Under the pieces are notes generated by a model that searched no databases, was not told where the DNA came from, and worked only from the letters and a program-made list of their open reading frames with translations. A stretch of 64,000 nucleotides of DNA from a virus. Where the stretch lies: the IMG/VR virus record IMGVR_UViG_3300005264_000008, positions 18,229 to 82,228 of that record; one strand, given 5' to 3'. Positions 11,648-21,911 of this stretch are shown in pieces (position 1 is the first letter of the stretch; each line of letters begins with the position of its first letter). Both the position numbers and the translations under genes were made by a program.

Positions 11648-11845
11648 ATGAATGGAAGAAAGTTATATAGAGAATATACACAAAGTAAGGGCAAAGAAGC
11701 AAAAGAGTTTATCAAGATTGAAGAAGACTGGTATAATTTAGACATGTTAATAACAAAAGATAATAAGGGTCATGAAGAAAAAACAAGTATTAATTATAAG
11801 GATTTAGTTAATTGGATAATCCGAAATAGGCCTGATTACTCATAA
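11648..11845 (+). CDS. hypothetical protein (cassette cargo)
   Basis: Stop codon TAA lies inside the CATAAC inverse core. Confidence 0.6.
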   Translation: MNGRKLYREYTQSKGKEAKEFIKIEEDWYNLDMLITKDNKGHEEKTSINYKDLVNWIIRNRPDYS

Positions 11846-11911
11846 CAAAACGCTTGATGTATCTTTCATATAATAATTAAATTATAAGATGTTAAAAATG
11901 TATGTAATATT
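11844..11911. repeat. conserved cassette-array end element, copy 1
   Basis: AACAAAACGCTTGATGTATCTTTCATATAATAATTAAATTATAAGATGTTAAAAATGTATGTAATATTT; near-identical copy on the minus strand at ~52985-53053. Confidence 0.85.
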
Positions 11912-11934
11912 TAATTTTCATATTAGATTTATAT

Positions 11935-11966
11935 AAAAATCCATGTTTAATAAACATGGATTTTTT
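11935..11966. terminator. intrinsic terminator
   Basis: AAAAATCCATGTTT-aat-AAACATGGATTTTT. Confidence 0.7.
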
Positions 11967-12013
11967 AATTTATTTAATTTATATAATAATAACAAAAAAA
12001 TAATAACAAAGAA

Positions 12014-13714
12014 ATGAATACAAAAAAAATTGTATATGAAAGTGATGCATTATCACAAATGAAAAAAGGAATTGATAAGGTGTATGGAGCAGTTAGTTCA
12101 ACATTAGGACCGAATGGTCATAATGTACTAATTGAAACTGAAAATGGAAAAATAATTTCAACTAAAGATGGTGTAACAGTAGCAAAATCAATAAAGTTAG
12201 AAGATAGTGTTGAAAACATGGGTGCACAATTCATAATCAACAGTTCAATTCATACAAATAAAATTGCTGGTGATGGAACAACAACTGCAACTGTATTGAC
12301 ACATTCTATTATTACAGAAGGATTAAAACGACTTGACACTAATATCAATGTGTTTGATTTAAAACGTGGCTTAGAACAAACAAAAGACGTGATTATTGAT
12401 GAACTTGATAATATGAAGAAAGATATTGTTGATGAAAATGATTATGAAAATGTTGCAACTATATCTGCAAATGGTGATGATAAAATTGGAAGACTTATTT
12501 CAGAAGCATTTAAATCAGTTGGGACAGATGGTGTAATTACTGTTGAAAAAAGTAATACTGGATTAGATGAATTGGAAATTGTGGATGGATTGCAATTTAA
12601 TAGTGGGTATTTATCACCATTGTTTATTAATAATGAACAATCATTACAAGTTGAATTTGATAATCCTCGTTATATATTTTTCGATGGTAAATTACAAACA
12701 GTTACTCAAATATTAAAATTACTTGAATATTCAGCTACTCATAATATACCACTTGTCATTGTAGCAGATGATATTAGTAATGAAGCATTGTCAATATTGA
12801 TTGTTAATAAAGTTAGAGGTATTGCAAATGTATGTGCAGTTAAAGCACCTGGATATGGTGATTTACGAAAAGAAATGTTACAAGATATGGCAACATTGAC
12901 AAATGGTATTGTTGTAAGTGCTGACCGTGGCATGGAGATTGAAAATATTACTGATGATGTGTTTAATGATGATGGAGAACTAATTCAGACTATAAATAAT
13001 GTATTTGGGACTAGCCGTTCATTCACAAGTACTAACAAACAAAGTACTATAATTGATGGGAATGGTGAATTGGAGAAAATCGAGTTGAGAATAGACCAAT
13101 TACAATCACAAATAGAAAAATCAGTATCTGATTATGAAAAACAACGTTATAGAGAACGTTTAGGTAAAATGTCAGGTGGTGTAGCAATCATAAATGTAGG
13201 TGGTGAAAGTGATGTGGAAATTGAAGATAAAAAGTTTAGAATAGAAGATGCGTTAAATGCAACTAAATCAGCTATTGAAGACGGTGTGTTACCAGGTGGA
13301 GGAATTGCATTGATGAAAATCTGGGATAAACTTGAAAATGAAACAGAATATTCAAGTGATATTCTTGAAAATGTTATCTCACGAAATATTATGTTAAAAG
13401 CAATTAAACAACCATTTATGAAAATCATCGATAATGCTGGATTGAATGGTGATGTTATTTGGAGTGAACTACATACATCGAATGATTTATTAACAGCAAT
13501 TGAAAATAAAAATAATCCAATTGAATTAAACGATGGATTCAATGTTAAAACTAAAAAATATGTTAATATGATTACAGATGGTGTCATTGACCCAACCAAA
13601 GTTGTAAAAACAGCATTACAAAAAGCAACATCACTAGCATCAACATTTTTGATGACTAATGCAATAATTGTGGATATTCCTACTGAAACAAAACCCGAAG
13701 AAATGCAATATTAA
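12014..13714 (+). CDS. groEL: chaperonin GroEL
   Basis: TLGPNG, TKDGVTVAK, AGDGTTTATVL, KAPGYGD, GVLPGGG, GVIDPTKV. Confidence 0.96.
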   Translation: MNTKKIVYESDALSQMKKGIDKVYGAVSSTLGPNGHNVLIETENGKIISTKDGVTVAKSIKLEDSVENMGAQFIINSSIHTNKIAGDGTTTATVLTHSIITEGLKRLDTNINVFDLKRGLEQTKDVIIDELDNMKKDIVDENDYENVATISANGDDKIGRLISEAFKSVGTDGVITVEKSNTGLDELEIVDGLQFNSGYLSPLFINNEQSLQVEFDNPRYIFFDGKLQTVTQILKLLEYSATHNIPLVIVADDISNEALSILIVNKVRGIANVCAVKAPGYGDLRKEMLQDMATLTNGIVVSADRGMEIENITDDVFNDDGELIQTINNVFGTSRSFTSTNKQSTIIDGNGELEKIELRIDQLQSQIEKSVSDYEKQRYRERLGKMSGGVAIINVGGESDVEIEDKKFRIEDALNATKSAIEDGVLPGGGIALMKIWDKLENETEYSSDILENVISRNIMLKAIKQPFMKIIDNAGLNGDVIWSELHTSNDLLTAIENKNNPIELNDGFNVKTKKYVNMITDGVIDPTKVVKTALQKATSLASTFLMTNAIIVDIPTETKPEEMQY

Positions 13715-13731
13715 TAAAAATATAAAAAAAA

Positions 13732-13980
13732 ATGAATCAACAACAACAACAACAACAAATCGATTTAAGTCTTACTGGTGAAATTATATGTGAAAATTGC
13801 AGTAATACATTATTCAAACAAGTTTATTATCTAAGAACAGTACCCAAAACCATATCTAAAAGTGGTCGAGAAGAAGTATTTCCAATTGTAACATTTGCTT
13901 GTGAAGAATGTGGACACATCAATAAAAATTTTGAAGTTAATATTAAACCAAAAATTAAAGAAAACAAAATTATCAAATAA
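13732..13980 (+). CDS. small zinc-ribbon protein
   Basis: CENC ... CEECGH. Confidence 0.7.
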   Translation: MNQQQQQQQIDLSLTGEIICENCSNTLFKQVYYLRTVPKTISKSGREEVFPIVTFACEECGHINKNFEVNIKPKIKENKIIK

Positions 13981-13982
13981 TA

Positions 13983-14744
13983 ATGCGTAAACAAGTATCA
14001 TATTCACAATACATGCAATATGTCAATTGTAAAAAACAATATGAACTAACATACATAGAAGGGCTGTCGATTAGGCAACCCTCTATTTATACTTTAATTG
14101 GAACATCTATTCATGAAACTATTCAACAGTATTATGACGAACAATTTCCAATTAAATACAATTACAGTGATATATTATTTTCATATATTGAAAAAAACAT
14201 TAAAATTCAATCTGATAAATTTCAAGAAACATTTGTCAATTCAACAGAGTTGAATGATTTTTTCGTACAAAGTCAAGTGGTATTACAAAAATTCGTTAGC
14301 AACCGAACTGAACTTATTAGCCCCGAACTGCAATATATTAAATCAGAATACGAATTAAAATGTGATTTATCATTTCTTGGTGCAGATGCTCGGTTTAGGT
14401 ATATTAATATAATTGGATTCATCGACATGTTATTCAAAACAATTGATGGTAAATACATAATATTTGATATAAAATCTAGTAATAAAGGATGGACTATTAT
14501 TGATAAGAAAAACAAATATAAATTATTCCAACTAATATTATATAAAAAATTACTATCACTAATATCAAATATTGATGAAAATGATATTGAAATTAAATAT
14601 TTGTTTTTAGAATATGGGACTGGTGAAGTTAATGTATTCACACCAAATTTGTCCAAAATAAATGAAAACGAATTATTCAATGAATTCAGAGATTTCATAT
14701 TTGATGTGTTTGATGAAAACGGTATGTATATACAAAGATTTTAA
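13983..14744 (+). CDS. PD-(D/E)XK exonuclease (RecB/Cas4-like)
   Basis: SYSQ..Y..C, GTSIHE, E...GFID, DIKS, QL.LY; the C-terminal Cys cluster (C.FC.Y...C) seems to lie just past the stop in another frame. Confidence 0.8.
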   Translation: MRKQVSYSQYMQYVNCKKQYELTYIEGLSIRQPSIYTLIGTSIHETIQQYYDEQFPIKYNYSDILFSYIEKNIKIQSDKFQETFVNSTELNDFFVQSQVVLQKFVSNRTELISPELQYIKSEYELKCDLSFLGADARFRYINIIGFIDMLFKTIDGKYIIFDIKSSNKGWTIIDKKNKYKLFQLILYKKLLSLISNIDENDIEIKYLFLEYGTGEVNVFTPNLSKINENELFNEFRDFIFDVFDENGMYIQRF

Positions 14745-14822
14745 TAATACTGATAATAGTGACAATTGTTTTTTCTGCGAATATAAAGGGACACCATACT
14801 GTAATAAATTTAAATTGACTAT

Positions 14823-15257
14823 ATGATTAAAGTGTTAATAACTGGATATCGAGAAACAAATAACCCAATATATATAAAGGATTTCATATTTAATATAAAA
14901 CAATCATATAAAGATGATAATATCACGATATTTGGTAGAGGTGAATATAATAATGATAATTATAAATCAAATATAGATTTTCTTATTCGTAAATATTGTA
15001 GGGAATTTGATGTTTCATTTTGCGAATATACACCTTATTATAAACAGAGAAACCCATTTACAATTAATATTTATGATATATATACACAAACAGTTAAAAA
15101 ACGATTTATACGGTTAATACATATGTTTGAACATGTTAATTATATTGTATATTTCATTGATAAAACACTATATCCGACTGTGGACGATATCAAGGATACA
15201 TCATTTTTTAATGAATTGAAAAAACATAAAACGCAATTTAAAATTAAAATAATATAA
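14823..15257 (+). CDS. hypothetical protein, possibly SLOG/YspA-like
   Basis: N-terminal VLITGYR resembles the SLOG IxGSR motif. Confidence 0.4.
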   Translation: MIKVLITGYRETNNPIYIKDFIFNIKQSYKDDNITIFGRGEYNNDNYKSNIDFLIRKYCREFDVSFCEYTPYYKQRNPFTINIYDIYTQTVKKRFIRLIHMFEHVNYIVYFIDKTLYPTVDDIKDTSFFNELKKHKTQFKIKII

Positions 15258-15288
15258 TAGTTATAAAAAAAGTTGTAGTTTAAATTAG

Positions 15289-15442
15289 CTATAACGGATA
15301 ACTTCTTGATTTTCATTTACAAATACTAACAATTTAATAAATTAAAAAACATCATCCAAATTCAATTAAATATTGGTAAATGAGTCTTGTCTTCTTATTA
15401 AATAGCAGAAAAAAATAAATGACTTCAAACGCAATGTTAGCA
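15289..15442 (+). mobile_element. attC-like site
   Basis: CTATAAC ... GTTAGCA with inner TCATTTA/TAAATGA arms. Confidence 0.6.
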
Positions 15443-15476
15443 ACTTTATTTATTAATAACTTTAAAATTAAAAAAA

Positions 15477-15782
15477 ATGGATATTCAAATTTTTATCGAT
15501 GAACAAGTCGAAATGTTAAACAATGATTTTGGTACAGACCAAATTCAATGGAATATATACAGACTATTTTTCAAAGAATATATGCCAGACTTACCCCTTA
15601 ATACAATAATTTCGAGATGTATGGAAGTTTATGCACAAATTATTAAAATCCATTCGGCTCAACCTTTATTTAAAGCTCTTGAAAAAGTTCAATTGCAAGT
15701 TGGTCAAATCGAACATAACTGGGATTATCAACAGAAAGAATATATGCCGTTTGTTATAAAAGCACTTACAGCTAACTTTTAA
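15477..15782 (+). CDS. hypothetical protein (cassette cargo)
   Basis: Flanked by GTTAGCAAC (15436) and its exact reverse complement GTTGCTAAC (15785). Confidence 0.7.
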   Translation: MDIQIFIDEQVEMLNNDFGTDQIQWNIYRLFFKEYMPDLPLNTIISRCMEVYAQIIKIHSAQPLFKALEKVQLQVGQIEHNWDYQQKEYMPFVIKALTANF

Positions 15783-15786
15783 TTGT

Positions 15787-15918
15787 TGCTAACGGCTAAC
15801 TTAATTGAACTGTTGCGACTTAACGCACAACGTAAATTAAAAGTAGTAAGTCCAAAAATAACACAGATGTAAATTAACAGCATAATGTAAGCCTGTGAAA
15901 TTCAAGCAAATGTTATGT
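15787..15918 (+). mobile_element. attC-like site
   Basis: TGCTAAC ... GTTATGT with TTGAA/TTCAA inner arms. Confidence 0.7.
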
Positions 15919-15935
15919 GCTTAAATTTAAAAATT

Positions 15936-16493
15936 ATGATTAAAGTATTAAATTTATACGCAGGTATTGGAGGTAATCGAAAGTTTTGGAATAACTGTAA
16001 TATCACTGCAGTAGAAAATGATAACCAAATTGCAGATAAATATAAACAGCAATTTCCAAATGATAAAATAATTATTGATGACGCTCATCAATTTTTATTG
16101 GAAAATTATAAAGAGTTTGATTTTATTTGGTCAAGCCCCCCATGCCCAACTCATTCTCGAACTAATTATTTTCTAAATCCAAAAGGAATAATTCGATACC
16201 CGGATATGAAATTATGGCAAGAAATAATCTTTTTATCTGCATTTTTTAAAGGTTATTTCGTTGTTGAAAATGTAATAAGCTATTATAAACCTATTCTTAA
16301 TCCGCAACAAATAGGAAGACATTATTTTTGGTCAAACTTCAATATCCCAAAAATAAAACAACCAACAAATGACATTGGTAGAATGAATGGGAAAAATCAA
16401 CCAGCATGTAAAAAACATAAAACTGAAAGAAATGCTGTCAATTCTGAATTAGGTTTACACATTTTTAATCAATTTTTGGAAGTTAAAAAATAA
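15936..16493 (+). CDS. short C5-cytosine DNA methyltransferase (cassette cargo)
   Basis: LNLYAGIGG, WSSPPCP.HS, VVENV; flanked by GTTATGTGC and GCACATAAC. Confidence 0.85.
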   Translation: MIKVLNLYAGIGGNRKFWNNCNITAVENDNQIADKYKQQFPNDKIIIDDAHQFLLENYKEFDFIWSSPPCPTHSRTNYFLNPKGIIRYPDMKLWQEIIFLSAFFKGYFVVENVISYYKPILNPQQIGRHYFWSNFNIPKIKQPTNDIGRMNGKNQPACKKHKTERNAVNSELGLHIFNQFLEVKK

Positions 16494-16527
16494 AACAATC
16501 CAGCTATGCTGTCGCTATTTTAGTTGC

Positions 16528-16595
16528 ACATAACGAAAATGTATTTAAACTGAAAAATCTTTTTTGATTTTTTTGTTTTAAATACAATGTTAGGA
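16528..16595 (+). mobile_element. attC-like site
   Basis: ACATAAC-gaaaa-TGTATTTAAA ... TTTAAATACA-at-GTTAGGA. Confidence 0.8.
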
Positions 16596-16682
16596 GCTTT
16601 ATTTTTAGGCTTTTATCATTGTATCGGAAAATAAATAAAAGAAACTTGAAAAAAAAATTTTTTTATTCAAAATAAGTTTTGT

Positions 16683-16690
16683 ATCTTTGT
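16683..16690 (+). promoter_or_regulatory. Bacteroidota-type -7 promoter element
   Basis: TATCTTTG matches TAnnTTTG, upstream of ORF 16716/16731. Confidence 0.55.
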
Positions 16691-16715
16691 CATACTAAAA
16701 AGCAATAAAGCTGAG

Positions 16716-17312
16716 GTGAAAAAGGAAATTATGAGAAAGGAAATAAAATATAAAAATTATACAATCCTTTTAATTAAAAATAAATACGGAAGCGGTCAAG
16801 TTCATTTTGATTATAATGGAACTAATTCAGCTACAAATTTTGGATTAAAAACTGCTTTTGAATTGTTTTCTTTTATTCACAATGAAGTTTTGAAATTTGC
16901 AAAGGAAAATCAAATTAATAGATTTTATACACAAGGAGCTACAGATGATGAAATAATAATAGCTCAAATTAAGGATATAAAAGATAATAATTTATTTGAA
17001 TATCCTGAATATTTTTATTCAAATTATATTGATTTTGAATATTTAGGAAATGGGAAATATGAAGGATATGATAAAGATGAAGATGAATTAATTACTTTAG
17101 ATTGTGAAAGTAATATGTTTGATTTTGAGAATATGATAATGAATACGTTTAATGCTTATGAAAAAGTAGGATTTGAATTATCAAACATCAAAACGAAAGC
17201 TGACCAAAGATTAAAATTATATGCTCGAATGATTTTAAAATATGATGGAGAAATAGAAGAGTTAAACATTCAAAATAATTATTTAAGTTTTTACATTAAT
17301 AAAAAAAAATAA
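16716..17312 (+). CDS. hypothetical protein
   Basis: 198-aa ORF; ATG at 16731 is the likely start. Confidence 0.6.
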   Translation: MKKEIMRKEIKYKNYTILLIKNKYGSGQVHFDYNGTNSATNFGLKTAFELFSFIHNEVLKFAKENQINRFYTQGATDDEIIIAQIKDIKDNNLFEYPEYFYSNYIDFEYLGNGKYEGYDKDEDELITLDCESNMFDFENMIMNTFNAYEKVGFELSNIKTKADQRLKLYARMILKYDGEIEELNIQNNYLSFYINKKK

Positions 17313-17316
17313 TATT

Positions 17317-17526
17317 ATGAAAAAATTAACAATAAAAGAATGTAATAATTTTATCACTTATATTCATAAAAATGAAGAAAGTGTAATCTTAAGCATTGAA
17401 GAAAAAGATAATGCAATCGTAATAGTAATTAGTTGTGTTGATTTTTCAAATTTAACAACACACGAAAAAGAATTAACTTTTACAGAAAAAGAGTTTAAAA
17501 ATATTATTAAACAAATAAAACAATGA
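17317..17526 (+). CDS. hypothetical protein
   Basis: 69-aa ORF. Confidence 0.5.
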   Translation: MKKLTIKECNNFITYIHKNEESVILSIEEKDNAIVIVISCVDFSNLTTHEKELTFTEKEFKNIIKQIKQ

Positions 17527-17830
17527 AAACATTAATCGTATTACCAGATACATTAGCAGTAGTAGCTAAAAAAACAAGGATTTACACCAAAAGGCTATTA
17601 TTCTCAATCAGAAAAAGGTGCAAACGAAAATAAATACATTCTTTTGTTTTATGAAGGCGATGAATATTTACAGGAAATCCCAGACTTTTGTTATCTTTTA
17701 TATTAGTATTATATATTGTTATATTAGTATCACATAAAAATTTAATATTTTTTAACAATTATTATATTAACTTTAATTTTTAAATTATGTTATTTATAGA
17801 ATGGTAAAAAATAATACTACAATCGTTAAT

Positions 17831-17864
17831 GCGTGTCGTGAGTTCGAATCTCACGACACGCTCA
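17831..17864 (+). ncRNA. tRNA minihelix-like hairpin (acceptor + T arm only)
   Basis: GCGTGTCGTGAG-TTCGAAT-CTCACGACACGC-TCA: perfect 12-bp stem with a T loop. Confidence 0.6.
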
Positions 17865-17886
17865 GATTTTAAAATAAAACAAAAAC

Positions 17887-17957
17887 CCTACTGTAGTGTA
17901 ATGGTAGCATCCATGTTTGTGGAACATGTAGTCCCAGTTCGAACCTGGTCAGTAGGA
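17887..17957 (+). tRNA. tRNA-His(GTG)
   Basis: Acceptor CCTACTG/CAGTAGG; anticodon arm CATGT-TTGTGGA-ACATG; GTTCGAA. Confidence 0.85.
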
Positions 17958-17970
17958 CAAATATAATTAA

Positions 17971-18060
17971 GGAAGATTGACAGAGTTGGTAATGTGCCTG
18001 ATTGCTAATCAGAGTCTTCGGTTAATAGCTGATGCGTAGGTTCGAATCCTACATCTTCCG
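17971..18060 (+). tRNA. tRNA-Ser(GCT)
   Basis: GGAAGAT/ATCTTCC, loop TTGCTAA, long variable arm, G73. Confidence 0.9.
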
Positions 18061-18061
18061 C

Positions 18062-18092
18062 AAAAAAATCCCAAATAATTGGGATTTTTTTT
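18062..18092. terminator. intrinsic terminator
   Basis: AAAAAAATCCCAA-ataa-TTGGGATTTTTTT. Confidence 0.75.
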
Positions 18093-18170
18093 ATTATCTT
18101 GATGTTTAAAATGTTTTTTTAATTACGTTTATTATTATAAAAATCTAATTTATTAAACACTTTATAACAT

Positions 18171-21100
18171 ATGAAAAAATATTCGCACTCCACTGTACAT
18201 GATGAAACAATGAAATATTTTGATAATGATGTATTAGCAACCGATGTATGGATGAAGAAATACGCATTGAAAGATTCCGATGATAATTATTACGAATTAA
18301 CACCTGATGACATGCATCATCGAATAGCAAGTGAACTTGCACGTGTTGAAAAAAAATATCCTAACCCTATGGGCGAAGATGAAATATTTGAATTATTAAA
18401 AGACTTTAAATATGTCATACCTGCTGGTTCTAATTTATTTGGTATTGGCAATGATAAATATTTAACAAGTCTTAGTAATTGCTTTTATATACATCATGAT
18501 AACAATGATAGTTATGGAGGGATAATGAAATTAGATGAAGAATTAGTTCACCTTTTCAAAAGAAGATGTGTCGAAGAAAATTCACATGTGATGACTTTAA
18601 ATAATGGATTATTAAGAATAAAAAATATTACTAAAGGTGATATGGTGTTATCTTATAATACTAAAACCCAAAAATCCGAATATAAAAAGGTAATTGATAA
18701 ATTTGATACTTTTGTTGATAAAGATGATAGAATAATAATAAAACTATCAAATGGAAGCCAATTAAAAACATCAAAAAAACATCCAGTTTTGACATTTTCT
18801 GAAATTGGAGAATATGTTTATAAAAATGCAGGAGATATACAAAAAGGTGATATTTGTATATCATCTTTGACTAAAAATAATTATAATGTTTATAATTTTG
18901 ATAAAAAATTATCTGATATTGCATGGTTCACAGGACATCATCTGGGAGATGGTACATGTGGTAAAAATAAGTTACGTTTTAGAATATTAGGGGATAATGA
19001 AAAATGTATTGCAGAGTATGCATCTATTTTGAATGACATAACAGGCTCAACTGCAAAATATGGGTTATCTAAAAAGAAAGGTTATTTAGTTGATGTATGG
19101 GACTATACTAATAATAAAAAATCTTTAAACGATGTATTAGTTAGATATTTGGATAACCAGCGTGGAAAAAAAACATATTCAATGTTTACTCCAAATTTTA
19201 TAAAAAATAATAATTTATGGATACCTTTCATAGCAGGTTTAATAGATGCAGATGGAACAGTAACAGCAGATGGTAGATTATCGTTAACACTAACATCAAA
19301 AACAATGATAGATGAAATAAATTCTTATCTGTTATATAATGGTATCAGTTGTCATGTGAGTGTTAAGATTGACAAACGCAATTCAAAATGGAAACCGCTT
19401 TATACATTACGATTTCATAAAGATGTTGAATTTTATTCTAATATATTAAAATATCTTATTCATGATAAAAAAAGACAACGTCTTATTGAAAATAAAATAA
19501 CGGTTCATTCGTATAAAAGATTTATAACTGAAGAAGAACATAATGAAATGTTGAATAATTATAGTTCTAAAGGATTTTATAAATATAATAGAAACAACAA
19601 AGCACCAAAAGAATTTAATATTAAACGGAAACAATTGCAAAGTGCTATTGATACTGTGAAAGGTAATAATGGATTAGGTATAAGTGCTTTAAATATACTG
19701 TTAAAACATGATATTATAAATAATGATAAGTATAATGAGATTAATCAACGTGTTTTTGTTACGAATGTAAGTATAGATAATGATAGTTCTAAATATATTG
19801 ATATTGAAGTCGATGGTAATCATAATTTTTATGCAGGTAATTTTGGCGGAATCGTAACTCATAATTGTGGAGTCGGAATTGATGTGTCATTTTTAAGACC
19901 CAAAAATTCTAAAGTTAATAATGCGGCCTTAACAACAACTGGTGCAGTGAGTTTTATGAATAGATTTAGTCATACAACTGAAGAAGTTTCTCTTTTAGGT
20001 CGTAGGGCCGCACTAATGATTACAATGGATGTTAGTCATCCTGAAATTGAAGATTTTATTTCAATAAAACAAGATTTAACAAAAGTAACAGGGGCAAATG
20101 TATCAATTAAAATAACAGATGATTTTATGTTAGCTGTTAAAGAAAATAATGAATTTGAATTGAAATTTCAAATGGCAGATAAGTCTTGGATAAGAAAAAA
20201 GGTAAACGCTAAACAGATATGGGACAAATTTATAAATGCAAGCTGGAATTCAGCCGAACCTGGATTGTTATATTGGGATAAAATAAAAAGAGAATCACCT
20301 TCCGATGGTTACGAAGGGTTTGATTTACAGGGGGTTAATCCATGTTCTGAATTAACGCTATCAGATTCAGAGAGTTGTAGATTAACATCTATTAATTTAA
20401 CTGCTTTTGTTAAAAATAGTTTCACTGAAAAAAGTATGTTTGATTTTGAACAATTCAAAAATGTAGCGATTAAAGCTCAGAGATTGATGGACGATATAAC
20501 TGATTTAGAAATAGAAAAAATAAATTCGATTTTACAAAAAATTGAACAAGACCCTGAGAATGCCGATGTGAAATTTAGAGAAATTTCCTTATGGAAAAAA
20601 ATATTAGATAAAGCAACTGATGGTAGACGTTCAGGATTAGGTATAACTGGATTGGCTGACATGTTAGCAATGCTCGGATATACATATGGAACACACGAAG
20701 CAACTTCATTTTCAGAAAAAATATTTATAGATTTAGCAAAATCGTCATATGAATCTTCAATAAACATGGCTAAAGAAAGAGGAGCTTTTAAAAATTGGTC
20801 AATTGATAAAGATAAAAAAAGTGATTTTATAAATAGATTATTATATGAAACCATAGACTCAGACGTTTTTGAATTATATAAAAAATATGGTCGTAGAAAT
20901 ATCGCAAATTTAACAATTGCACCAAATGGGTCATTGAGTTTATTGAGTAAAACATCATCAGGTGTTGAACCTGTTTTCATGGTTAAACATAAAAGACGAA
21001 GAAGAGCAACAGAAACAGATTCAGTTGATTTCATTGATGATGTTGGTAATAAATGGAAAGAATATCTTGTATTTCATCCTAAGTTCGAAGAATGGTTTAA

Positions 21101-21911
21101 TAAAAATAATACTAATAAAAAACTAAAAGATTTAACAGAAAGTGAAATAGATGATATTATAACAAAATCTCCATACTATAATGCAACAGCACAAACGATA
21201 GATTACATAGAAAAAATTAGGATGCAAGGAATCATTAATAAATGGATAGACCATAGCATTTCAATGACTGTTAATTTACCAAATAATATAACCAAAAAAC
21301 AAGTGTCAGATTTATATATGAAAGGTTGGGAATATGGTTTAAAAGGAATGACTATTTATAGAGATGGTTCACGTTCGGGTGTATTAGTTGCAACTGATTC
21401 TAAAAAAGAAGTAACACCAGATAGACCAAAAGAAATACCATGTGATATACATTATATTCAAGCAAATAAGATAAAATATTATGTTATAGTTGGTTTAGTT
21501 AATGACAAACCATATGAAATATTTGCATTTGAAAAGAAACATATTTCAATACCGCAAATTAGAAAAGATGGTAAATTAATAAAAGTTAAATCAGGTATGT
21601 ATAATTTAAAATATAATGGTACTGAAATTGAAAATATTGCTCAACATTTTCAATCACCACAAGAAGATGGTTTTACTCGAATGGTATCATTATTATTAAG
21701 ACGTGGAAATTCAGTAGCAGATATAACAGAACAAATTGATAAATCATATAGTGCTATATCAGGATTTTATAAAGCAATTTCACGAGTATTACGTAAAAAT
21801 TATACTTCAGATGGTAAAATAGACGAAAAATGTCCGCAATGTAATGCTAATTTAGTAATGAAAGAAGGATGTAAATCATGTCCTGCATGTGGATTTGAAT
21901 TTTGTGGTTAA
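18171..21911 (+). CDS. nrdJ: class II (B12-dependent) ribonucleotide reductase with intein
   Basis: SLSNCF, GRRAALM, NPCSE, SCRL, TIAPNG, SSGVEP, YRDGSR; C-terminal Zn ribbon CPQC...CPACG. Confidence 0.92.
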   Translation: MKKYSHSTVHDETMKYFDNDVLATDVWMKKYALKDSDDNYYELTPDDMHHRIASELARVEKKYPNPMGEDEIFELLKDFKYVIPAGSNLFGIGNDKYLTSLSNCFYIHHDNNDSYGGIMKLDEELVHLFKRRCVEENSHVMTLNNGLLRIKNITKGDMVLSYNTKTQKSEYKKVIDKFDTFVDKDDRIIIKLSNGSQLKTSKKHPVLTFSEIGEYVYKNAGDIQKGDICISSLTKNNYNVYNFDKKLSDIAWFTGHHLGDGTCGKNKLRFRILGDNEKCIAEYASILNDITGSTAKYGLSKKKGYLVDVWDYTNNKKSLNDVLVRYLDNQRGKKTYSMFTPNFIKNNNLWIPFIAGLIDADGTVTADGRLSLTLTSKTMIDEINSYLLYNGISCHVSVKIDKRNSKWKPLYTLRFHKDVEFYSNILKYLIHDKKRQRLIENKITVHSYKRFITEEEHNEMLNNYSSKGFYKYNRNNKAPKEFNIKRKQLQSAIDTVKGNNGLGISALNILLKHDIINNDKYNEINQRVFVTNVSIDNDSSKYIDIEVDGNHNFYAGNFGGIVTHNCGVGIDVSFLRPKNSKVNNAALTTTGAVSFMNRFSHTTEEVSLLGRRAALMITMDVSHPEIEDFISIKQDLTKVTGANVSIKITDDFMLAVKENNEFELKFQMADKSWIRKKVNAKQIWDKFINASWNSAEPGLLYWDKIKRESPSDGYEGFDLQGVNPCSELTLSDSESCRLTSINLTAFVKNSFTEKSMFDFEQFKNVAIKAQRLMDDITDLEIEKINSILQKIEQDPENADVKFREISLWKKILDKATDGRRSGLGITGLADMLAMLGYTYGTHEATSFSEKIFIDLAKSSYESSINMAKERGAFKNWSIDKDKKSDFINRLLYETIDSDVFELYKKYGRRNIANLTIAPNGSLSLLSKTSSGVEPVFMVKHKRRRRATETDSVDFIDDVGNKWKEYLVFHPKFEEWFNKNNTNKKLKDLTESEIDDIITKSPYYNATAQTIDYIEKIRMQGIINKWIDHSISMTVNLPNNITKKQVSDLYMKGWEYGLKGMTIYRDGSRSGVLVATDSKKEVTPDRPKEIPCDIHYIQANKIKYYVIVGLVNDKPYEIFAFEKKHISIPQIRKDGKLIKVKSGMYNLKYNGTEIENIAQHFQSPQEDGFTRMVSLLLRRGNSVADITEQIDKSYSAISGFYKAISRVLRKNYTSDGKIDEKCPQCNANLVMKEGCKSCPACGFEFCG
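18567..19865 (+). mobile_element. intein with LAGLIDADG homing endonuclease (433 aa)
   Basis: Starts CVEENSHV, block B TSKKHP, GHHLGDG and FIAGLIDADG, ends VTHN followed by Cys. Confidence 0.93.

Noticed and set aside
13738-13758. CAA microsatellite (poly-Gln)
   Set aside because: A short in-frame repeat in a low-complexity N-terminus, with no sign of phase variation.
13983-14744. Cas4 or a CRISPR-Cas system
   Set aside because: No repeat-spacer array or other cas genes are visible, and stand-alone PD-(D/E)XK nucleases are common in phages.
17971-18060. Reading the Ser tRNA loop as an amber (CTA) suppressor
   Set aside because: The standard 7-nt loop TTGCTAA centres on GCT, and the long variable arm and G73 fit tRNA-Ser.
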